A DNA stretch of 27,924 nt from positions 1-27,924 of IMG/VR virus record IMGVR_UViG_3300037751_000542, one strand, 5' to 3'. The translations under genes and the position numbers were made by a program. The notes beneath the pieces were generated by a model. It searched no databases and was not told the origin of the DNA. It worked only from the letters and a program-made list of their open reading frames with translations. Of this stretch, positions 18,247 through 24,763 are shown piece after piece. This DNA is from a virus (taxonomy: Duplodnaviria > Caudoviricetes). Position 1 is the first letter of the stretch, and each line of letters starts with the position of its first letter.

Positions 18247-18634
18247 CCCTATCCTCCTCCCTCAAAAACTTCCGGCCCGCCCCCAACTCAACCACCAGCA
18301 GAAACAGGCAGGAATAAAAAAACTTAACCATCACCTTCGGCCCGGCCTGGCGAACCGCCTTAGCCATAGTCCGAGGCTCAATATCCTCAAACAACCCCCG
18401 GAGAAAGGGCAAATCATCCAATGCAACATAATGACTATTCCTGGCGACCGTCAGCAGATCATGCATTCGCACCAACGCCTCCCGCAGAGCAGACAACTGC
18501 GCCAGAACCTCCGAACGAGTCCTGGCCTGATCGATCATATCTACCCCCCGGCGAATGATCTCAACCTGATCGATCATCTCCCCGGCCGCCCGATCCATCG
18601 CCGTTTCGGCGCGTGAGTTCCGTCGAACGCTCAA
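18233..18634 (-). CDS. Hypothetical protein (helical, C-terminal hydrophobic segment)
   Basis: TTGA overlap with the upstream gene; GAGGA upstream. Confidence 0.6.
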   Translation of the reverse strand: MSVRRNSRAETAMDRAAGEMIDQVEIIRRGVDMIDQARTRSEVLAQLSALREALVRMHDLLTVARNSHYVALDDLPFLRGLFEDIEPRTMAKAVRQAGPKVMVKFFYSCLFLLVVELGAGRKFLREEDRDDYS

Positions 18635-19176
18635 TCCTCATCTCCCCTCATCTCCTGCAGCCAATTCAGAGCCCCACGCGAGAGTAAAATCGCCGCTACC
18701 TGCTCCTGAACAGCCCGAAAGCCGCCAACCTCCTCCCGAAAGGACCCGAACGCATCCAACATTTGCCGATTAAGCTCCTCCAGCCTGACCTGCGCCTCAC
18801 GGTCGAGCACCATCTCCTCCAGTCGAAGTTTATGCTCCAGCTCCTGCCGCCGATCCAAATGCGCCTGAATCCACGGCCAGCCAGAGCGAGAAAACCAACG
18901 GCCAGCGCCCCACACCACCAACACCACCAGAAAACTTAAAATATGCTCCGGGTCAAGCAACGTCAGCAGAGCCGTATAAAAATCCTGCTGCGCGGCGAGT
19001 CGAACGGCAACGAATGACGAGGCTACCATCACCGAAACCAGCAGGACCGGAATTGCCACAGATTGAAACATAAAAACTGGCCCCGGTCTGTGTAGATGGC
19101 GTGACCGGGGCCAGCTTGCTAAGGAGGGAGAAAAACACCTGCCGACGCACAGCCACAAAAACAACTGCGCCATCAA
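18631..19176 (-). CDS. Membrane protein with C-terminal coiled coil
   Basis: Two hydrophobic helices followed by a charged coiled coil. The true start is probably the ATG at 19071. Confidence 0.6.
   Translation of the reverse strand: MMAQLFLWLCVGRCFSPSLASWPRSRHLHRPGPVFMFQSVAIPVLLVSVMVASSFVAVRLAAQQDFYTALLTLLDPEHILSFLVVLVVWGAGRWFSRSGWPWIQAHLDRRQELEHKLRLEEMVLDREAQVRLEELNRQMLDAFGSFREEVGGFRAVQEQVAAILLSRGALNWLQEMRGDED
19077..19114 (-). terminator. Hairpin with T-tract (terminator/attenuator) at head of late operon
   Basis: Perfect 12-bp stem CTGGCCCCGGTC/GACCGGGGCCAG followed by TTTTT on the minus strand. Confidence 0.5.
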
Positions 19177-19269
19177 CAGTCAACACCATCTTATCATAAA
19201 ACGCCTGACACAACAAACATTAAAGAAAAAGCAATCCAAAAAACAGAAAATAAGGAAACGAACGACAAT

Positions 19270-19410
19270 TGATAATTCGCCATTCACCATTCATAATTCC
19301 CTACCCTGCCAGGGCAGGCTCCCTACTCCCTACTCCCTACTCCCTACCCTGGACAACTTCACCATTCACCATTCACCATTCATAATTCATAATTCCCTAC
19401 CCTGGGGCAG
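19270..19410. repeat. Heptamer tandem repeat cluster (TTCACCA/TTCATAA, CTCCCTA)
   Basis: Visible tandem 7-mers. The TTCACCA-type family also occurs at about 1998-2030, 4290-4440, 7120-7167 and 10012-10088. Confidence 0.85.
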
Positions 19411-19802
19411 ACTACTTACTGCTTTTTTTTGGATCGATAAGCGTCGGCTCGACCATCCAGGCCACTACCCCAATCGACCGATCTACAAATCCACCTTTCC
19501 CCGTCCGTACCCTCCGCCGCGATACAACCTCGGTCGCGCAAGCGCCGAATGAGAATCGGGCGCTACCGCGTTCTTGCCGCGCGTACCCCCGCTTCGCCAA
19601 CCGCTCTCCCTGCTGAGGTTTAGTCGCGGCCCCTCGACCATCCACAGCCGCCAACCTGGGTTGGTCATTCAGGTATCTCCTCGCGTTGCTCCGTTCCAAT
19701 CAACCGCAGTGGGGCCGGAAGTGGCCCAAACTACGGGCCACCGTGGGGGGGAGTACCCCCCCAAACCCCCCGCTCGAACCTCAAACAAAAAAAACACGGG
19801 GA

Positions 19803-19813
19803 ATTATACCACA
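19803..19813 (-). promoter_or_regulatory. Extended -10 promoter (TGTGGTATAAT), leftward
   Basis: Perfect TGn-TATAAT on the minus strand, pointing toward the late operon. Confidence 0.6.
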
Positions 19814-20231
19814 GGGGTGGGCGGGCTTGGTTTCGGCTGAGGCCCATGGCGTTAAGCCAGGCTCTGCACAACAACCTAGCCTGCGTTCAACCCGCCCACC
19901 CGTCTCGGCAAGCCCACGTGTATTTCGATTGTCACATTTTGCTGTGGCCGTATTTCTTTAAGGTATCCCCAAAACACTTGCCCACCAATGGCCCTGCCCA
20001 GGTTCGCCCCTCTACAAACCGAAGGCGAACCGCTACCTTAAATAAATACTCGTTTCATTCAGAATCCTTCCCCACGTCGTAGGGCTTGCCTTCGCCGGGA
20101 AACCCCTGTGGTAAACCCGTGTTTGGTTTTTTTTTGTTTTTTTTGTTGTTGTGTTGCGGCAGGCAACACGGGCCGGGCGCTCTCCCCCCCTCGTCCGGCT
20201 CTCCTTTCTGGGGGGGCGTTGGGGGTTTTTT

Positions 20232-20558
20232 ATGTCTGCTTCTTCTGTGGTTAGTTCTGCTTCTTCTCTCTGGTTGTCCTTCGCTCTTTCGTCCGCTGTC
20301 CGCGGCGCGTCTGTTGTTTCGTTTGGCGCTGGTTGGGGTTGGGTTGTTTTTGTTGGGCCTGGCTCTGTTGCCCGCGCGTCCGCCGCTGCTCGTTGGGCTC
20401 GTTGGGTGGGCCTGGTTGTCGCGGTTGGGTCCCCTTGGCCTGGCGCGTGGGGCCTGGTTGTCGGCCCGTCCCTCTCTCTGGTCTGGCCCGCCGCCCGTGG
20501 TCGTCTGGCCCGCTTTTCGTTTGGCCGCTTGGGGCTGCGCCGGCGGTTTGTCTCTTAG
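20232..20558 (+). CDS. Adenine-free gene 1, hypothetical protein (108 aa)
   Basis: ATG preceded by GGGGGT (an A-free SD); TAG stop; only 3 A in the gene. The protein lacks K, N, T, I, E, D, Q, H and Y. Confidence 0.7.
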   Translation: MSASSVVSSASSLWLSFALSSAVRGASVVSFGAGWGWVVFVGPGSVARASAAARWARWVGLVVAVGSPWPGAWGLVVGPSLSLVWPAARGRLARFSFGRLGLRRRFVS

Positions 20559-20581
20559 TTGCGTTTCCCTGGGGGTGTCTC

Positions 20582-21214
20582 GTGTCTTTTCCTTCTCCTG
20601 TCGTTGGCGTTTGTGGGTCGCGTTCTCTGTCCGTCTCTGCGGCTGGTTCCCTGGCCGGTCAGCTGGTGTCCGCCCTGGCCGGGGCCGGGTCCCGGTTGGC
20701 GGTTGGGTGTTCCGCTGGCGCGGATCAGGTTGTCCTTTCCTCTGCGCTTCTCGCGCTTCCCCCCGCCTCGGTTTCGGTCTGGTCTGCCTTTGGCCCTGGC
20801 GGGGCCGGGGCCGGGTCTGCTTCGGCGGTTGGCGTGGTTTGTTCCGCTGCCCGCTCCGGGGCGGCCGTCTCCTGGTGGGCTGGCGGGTCTGCCTCGGTCC
20901 CCCTCCGTGGCCGGTTGGCGGCCCGGTCTGCGGCCCTGGTTCGGTCCTTGCCTGCCAGCTCCTGGTTTGTCGGGCTGGTCTCGTCGGCTTGTCCGGCCGG
21001 TTTGGTCCCTGGCCGGTCCTGGGCCGGTGGGGGCTCCGGCTCCTGGGCGGCCCTGGCCCTGGCGGCGGGCCTGGGTCTGTCGGTTGCGGTTTTTGCTGCC
21101 GGCGGGTGGGCCTGGTCCCCTCCGGCCTGGCCCGCCGGCTCCTGGGTTGCCGGGTCTGGCCCTCTGGCCGGGGCTTGGGTCTGGTCCCCGGCCCGGCAGT
21201 TGTCGCTTTTTTAG
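20582..21214 (+). CDS. Adenine-free gene 2, DprA/SMF (SLOG-superfamily)-like protein with C-terminal beta-clamp motif (210 aa)
   Basis: GTG start after GGGGGT. Motifs VGVCGSR, VGCSAGAD, ARSAALV and GSGSWAALALA...GLSV occur in the order of the DprA/SLOG Rossmann motifs. The protein ends QLSLF. Confidence 0.8.
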   Translation: MSFPSPVVGVCGSRSLSVSAAGSLAGQLVSALAGAGSRLAVGCSAGADQVVLSSALLALPPASVSVWSAFGPGGAGAGSASAVGVVCSAARSGAAVSWWAGGSASVPLRGRLAARSAALVRSLPASSWFVGLVSSACPAGLVPGRSWAGGGSGSWAALALAAGLGLSVAVFAAGGWAWSPPAWPAGSWVAGSGPLAGAWVWSPARQLSLF

Positions 21215-21231
21215 CGGTGGTTTTTTTCTCT

Positions 21232-21262
21232 GGCCGCCTCCCCTGGTGGGGCGGCCTTTTTT
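21232..21262 (+). terminator. Intrinsic terminator of the A-free operon
   Basis: GGCCGCCTC...GGGGCGGCC stem followed by TTTTTT. Confidence 0.75.
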
Positions 21263-21314
21263 CTTTGGTCTGGGGGTGGGGGGGGGGGACGCCCAAGCGT
21301 GTCTGCTTGGGCTG

Positions 21315-21566
21315 GACCACACCTGCGCGGCTACGCCGTGCCTGGCTTCTGCTGCTGTGGTCGTACACCGGTCAACGCAGCCCCGATCCGTACCGGCTAC
21401 ACCTGCACGGCTACGCCGTGCCTGATCCGCGCCAACCTGGTCGCCATCCAGATCCGTACCGATCCGCCTCGCCGCGCGCCACGTCGCTACGCTCGCAGGC
21501 GCGCACCTCGGCGGCATGCCAGGCCCGTGTCGACCACACCTGCACGGCTACGCCGTGCCTGGCTTC
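21315..21566. repeat. Three 26-35 bp direct repeats, each with an internal hairpin
   Basis: ACACCTGC(A/G)CGGCTACGCCGTGCCTG at 21319, 21399 and 21536; stem GCACGGC-TAC-GCCGTGC. Confidence 0.85.
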
Positions 21567-21638
21567 CACAGTCAGCGGTCGTGCACCAGTCAGCGCGTCA
21601 TTTTCCGGCCGGAGGCTTCCGTAAATTCCATTCAGTAT

Positions 21639-21667
21639 TTGCAACTTTCCGTAACTTCTGGTATAAT
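21639..21667 (+). promoter_or_regulatory. Sigma70 promoter (early)
   Basis: TTGCAA-17 bp-TATAAT with extended TG. Confidence 0.8.
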
Positions 21668-21695
21668 ACCTGTAATCGAAAGGAGATTCAGTCAG

Positions 21696-22106
21696 ATGAC
21701 AATTTCACCCGCCGTTCACAAGTTCCTCAGTTCCACCACCGTCAAAACCCTGGCCTGGCGCGCGTTCCAGTGCGGTAACCTGCGCGCCATCCAATACCGC
21801 ATCAGCAGCAAAAGCCCCACCGGCGTCACCTTCGCCGCTCATTTCACCCGCCACGACTCCGCCGCCAAATACGCCCGCCGCATCAGCACCACGTTTCAGA
21901 TCCCCGTCAAAATTACCCGTTCCCCGCTTGGCCACCAGGTCAGCGTCCCCGCACCCCGGCCCCACACCCGCCTGCCCGAGATGACCAACTGGATGATCCA
22001 CGTCACCGGCGGCATCATGGGCCTGTACGAAACGCTATTCAATACCGGCCTGGGCCAGATCTCGCCCCGGTCAATTACTCAGAAAGGAGATTTTGCAAGT
22101 GTTTGA
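21696..22106 (+). CDS. Hypothetical protein
   Basis: AAAGGAG RBS just downstream of the promoter. Confidence 0.75.
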   Translation: MTISPAVHKFLSSTTVKTLAWRAFQCGNLRAIQYRISSKSPTGVTFAAHFTRHDSAAKYARRISTTFQIPVKITRSPLGHQVSVPAPRPHTRLPEMTNWMIHVTGGIMGLYETLFNTGLGQISPRSITQKGDFASV

Positions 22107-22497
22107 TAACCTGTATCCAGAATTAGAAGAAAACGCAGAATTCGACCGCGAGTGGGCCGAAGCCGAGGAAGCAGCAGCCCGATCCGATTGGGAGGCAGCC
22201 CAATCCGACCGAGAAGCCGAGGAAGCAGCGGCGGACACAATCGACATCCCCGCCCTACTCGAAGCCGCCAGGCAAACGGCCACCATGCACAATATGACCG
22301 CCATCAACCACACCGGCAAACTGCCCTGTCAGTATAGCCTGCAAATCACCGTGGATCTGCTAACGGCCATCCGCACCGCACGCATGTACAAGCCGAACCG
22401 AATTTTTTACACCGACGATTCCCTATACATCTCCTGGGGAGATGATACGGATTATATTTATGCCAGTTACGTTTGTTTGTCGCCCGACGTCCACTAA
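22099..22497 (+). CDS. Hypothetical protein with acidic N-terminus
   Basis: AAAGGAG RBS 9 nt before a GTG; E/D/A-rich N-terminal half. Confidence 0.7.
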   Translation: MFDNLYPELEENAEFDREWAEAEEAAARSDWEAAQSDREAEEAAADTIDIPALLEAARQTATMHNMTAINHTGKLPCQYSLQITVDLLTAIRTARMYKPNRIFYTDDSLYISWGDDTDYIYASYVCLSPDVH

Positions 22498-22505
22498 AAA
22501 AAGCA

Positions 22506-22539
22506 GAAGCCCCCCAGGTCCCACAACCCGGGGGGCTTC
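22506..22539. terminator. Intergenic hairpin
   Basis: GAAGCCCCCC...GGGGGGCTTC, with an A-tract on the left (terminator polarity for the minus strand). Confidence 0.45.
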
Positions 22540-22558
22540 CAGAAAGGAAACTTATCAG

Positions 22559-23065
22559 ATGGCAGACAGTTTAAGCATTTTAACAGAAAAGTCAAATCGA
22601 ATCTGGACCACCCCCCCAAACGATCTGTCCCCCCTCCCCCAAAAGATCGACGCTGCCCTGGCCCAAATCAAAAACGCCTGGCCCAAACTCTACCAGGCAC
22701 TTACCCTCATCAATAGCGGTTCGGCCTCAATCCAAATGCGCCTCATCCACGGCGCCCGCCTCATCCAGGCCGGCGCGCTCACCCTTCCAGGGCAGGCCTA
22801 CAGCATGCCCCTACCCGGGCTCGAGTCCTGGTCACACGAGATTGCCCGCTGTCGCGGCAACGTCCTCACACCGTACTCCCGCCAACAGCCAGATCTCCTA
22901 TGGTGCTCCTGCCTCGACTACGATCTCGGCCACCACTCTCAAACCTTCGGTCGGCTCCACCCGCTCCACCAAATCCCCGGCGCTCCCGCCCTGGCCACCG
23001 GCCAGGTACTGTGTCCCGATGTGGCCGCCGTACTCCTGGCCGCCAAAATCCAATCAATCCCATAA
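22559..23065 (+). CDS. SWIM-like Zn-finger protein
   Basis: AAAGGA RBS; WCSCLDY...LCPDVAAV (CxC...CxH-like, with His replaced by Asp). Confidence 0.65.
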   Translation: MADSLSILTEKSNRIWTTPPNDLSPLPQKIDAALAQIKNAWPKLYQALTLINSGSASIQMRLIHGARLIQAGALTLPGQAYSMPLPGLESWSHEIARCRGNVLTPYSRQQPDLLWCSCLDYDLGHHSQTFGRLHPLHQIPGAPALATGQVLCPDVAAVLLAAKIQSIP

Positions 23066-23088
23066 AAGTGGGAAAGGAACTTTATCAG

Positions 23089-23964
23089 ATGACCGCTCAA
23101 AAAATGAAAATCACCCTGGCAAATCCGAAGATGATCGACGAACCTGGCTTCGGCCTCCCCAGCCGCGATCAGCTCTATACCATCGCCGCCCGGCTGCTCA
23201 ACCAGACCCGAGACACCATCTCGGGCATCGCGGCCCAGGGCCAGCACACCGGCAAAAGTTGGGACCGGGGCACGCTCACCATGGACGAGGCCCTCTACTG
23301 CGTCCAGTATGCCCTTTCACACGGCCTCAACCCCTTCGCGGATATACACATCTGGTGGTACAAGAAAATCATCGTGTGTGAGCATTACCGCATCCTCGCC
23401 GGCTGGGCCCGCCTCCGAGAGCCATACACCGACACCTACCGCCTGATCACCGACCCCGATGAACGCGCCCGCCACAGCCTCGAACCCGGCGACCTGGCCA
23501 CCATCTGCTACATCATGCGCGACAGCCAGAAAGATCTCTTCGTCGAGTGCCTGCGCAACAGCATCGACAGATGGACCGCCATGGAAATAGCCTCAACCAC
23601 CGCCATCGGCATCGTCCTCGATGCCGAGATGCGAAACAAGGAGGGGAAGCTCACCCGGATCGACGTGCGCGGTTGGGATTGGAACCAACGCGCGGAAACA
23701 CGCGCCTTCCGCAACGCCCTGGGGCGATCCCACGGCACCCCCACCCCGGCCGAAATCCAGGCCTACGCCCAAAAATTCAACCCAGGGCTGTCCCCGGCGC
23801 TCCTGGCCGATCCCCGCCTCGATCCCAGCAGCCTGCCACCAGCAGCCCAGGAGCGACTCATGCGCCTCAACCAGCCCAGCCCCCTGGCCGGCCAGGTCAT
23901 GAGCCAGAATGACCGCGTAACCCTGATGCGCGGAAAGGAGGAGGAACAAAACGGGATCGATTAA
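23089..23964 (+). CDS. RecT/Bet-like single-strand annealing recombinase
   Basis: AAAGGA RBS; LT.DEA....YA..HGLNPF..IH.W and RAETRAFRNAL resemble the Redbeta/RecT core motifs. Confidence 0.65.
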   Translation: MTAQKMKITLANPKMIDEPGFGLPSRDQLYTIAARLLNQTRDTISGIAAQGQHTGKSWDRGTLTMDEALYCVQYALSHGLNPFADIHIWWYKKIIVCEHYRILAGWARLREPYTDTYRLITDPDERARHSLEPGDLATICYIMRDSQKDLFVECLRNSIDRWTAMEIASTTAIGIVLDAEMRNKEGKLTRIDVRGWDWNQRAETRAFRNALGRSHGTPTPAEIQAYAQKFNPGLSPALLADPRLDPSSLPPAAQERLMRLNQPSPLAGQVMSQNDRVTLMRGKEEEQNGID

Positions 23965-23974
23965 CCCACTACCC

Positions 23975-24006
23975 AGCCCCGGCCCGGCGGGTGGCCGGGC
24001 CGGGGC
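23975..24006. terminator. GC-rich intergenic hairpin
   Basis: AGCCCCGGCCCGGC...GCCGGGCCGGGGCT stem; no downstream T-tract on the + strand. Confidence 0.5.
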
Positions 24007-24061
24007 TACAGCAAGAAAAAGCAGAAATAAAAAAGCGCTTTCCCTAAATTCCTATATGAAT

Positions 24062-24090
24062 TTGTGCTTTTCCGCATCTTCTGGTATAAT
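24062..24090 (+). promoter_or_regulatory. Sigma70 promoter (early), sibling of the 21639 promoter
   Basis: TTGTGC-17 bp-TATAAT; shares CTTCTGGTATAATACCT with 21655-21671. Confidence 0.75.
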
Positions 24091-24129
24091 ACCTCTAATT
24101 CAATCAATTCAGTCAGAAAGGAGCTTTAC

Positions 24130-24504
24130 ATGCCTTGCAACGGAATCGCAGTCCTATCAGCCCGAACCTCAGCCGACATCAAGACAATCACAGCCCTATT
24201 CAGCGCCAGGCAACTTCAAGCCGCCGTCCTGGCCATCCTGCCCGACAGCGCCACAGAAAAAACCGGCGATACCCTCACCATCCGCATCCCCGGCGCTCAA
24301 GCACAAATCTTCCCCGGCGGAGAAATCGCCGCCCAGGGCGCGCAGCGCGCCAAACTCGTAGCCGCCATCGAGGACCGAATCCTCCCCACCCTCACCGGCC
24401 TGGCCGCCCAAACCAAAACCCTATCCGCCCTACAGAACATTTACCAGCTGCAAAACCTCAAACGCGCCCCCAATGGCGCGATCGTTGCGGAAATCAACCT
24501 CTAA
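24130..24504 (+). CDS. Hypothetical protein of the AAA module (DUF1257/Ycf35-like, tentative)
   Basis: AAAGGAG RBS; MPC start; C-terminal ...NGAIVAEI; position upstream of an AAA ATPase. Confidence 0.65.
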   Translation: MPCNGIAVLSARTSADIKTITALFSARQLQAAVLAILPDSATEKTGDTLTIRIPGAQAQIFPGGEIAAQGAQRAKLVAAIEDRILPTLTGLAAQTKTLSALQNIYQLQNLKRAPNGAIVAEINL

Positions 24505-24522
24505 AAAGGAGACAATCATCAG

Positions 24523-24726
24523 ATGAAAGCCCAAATCGCAATCACCACAGACGGAAAACTGACAATCATCACCCAGGAAGGGACCTTTGAACAGGGACAA
24601 GCCATCCTACTGGAACTGCTCCAAACCCTCGGCGTGAACGGCCTCGATATCACCGTAGATGGCCCCATCGAGCAACACCGCCACGACGACACTAACACAC
24701 AGCACACTCACCAGCACGCCGGGTAA
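24523..24726 (+). CDS. Small protein of the AAA module (DUF2997-like, tentative)
   Basis: AAAGGAG RBS; I.IT.DG...I...G......LE..LG pattern; His-rich tail. Confidence 0.65.
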   Translation: MKAQIAITTDGKLTIITQEGTFEQGQAILLELLQTLGVNGLDITVDGPIEQHRHDDTNTQHTHQHAG

Positions 24727-24763
24727 CCCGCAACCCGTAAAAGTAAGAAAGGACACTTATCAG

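Noticed and set aside
10875-18327. Plus-strand ORFs such as 10875..11807, 13921..14829, 15612..16550 and 17593..18327
   Set aside because: Antisense shadows of the capsid, portal and terminase genes in GC-rich DNA, with no motifs or RBS.
19412-20082. ORFs 19412..19699, 19574..19840, 19686..19961 and 19846..20082
   Set aside because: Atypical composition and weak or absent RBS; they overlap hairpins and a promoter, so the region is more likely regulatory.
20169-21288. DGR variable region as the cause of adenine loss
   Set aside because: No reverse transcriptase or template repeat is present in the window. The tract is far longer than a typical VR and also covers the SD sites and terminator. 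A trans-acting mechanism cannot be fully excluded.
21315-21566. CRISPR mini-array
   Set aside because: Only three repeats, with unequal spacing (80 and 137 nt) and spacers that share sequence; no cas genes in the window.
20055-21624. Long overlapping ORFs 20055..21368(-), 20086..21624(+), 20555..21517(-) and 20559..21425(+)
   Set aside because: Stop codons need both T and A. With no A on + and no T on -, all frames stay open. Only 20232..20558 and 20582..21214 have SD sites, motifs and fitting stops.
21516-24763. ORF-track upstream starts (21516, 22442, 22900, 24064, 24659)
   Set aside because: They overlap promoters or upstream genes. Internal ATGs with AAAGGA RBS (21696, 22559, 23089, 24130, 24764) fit better.
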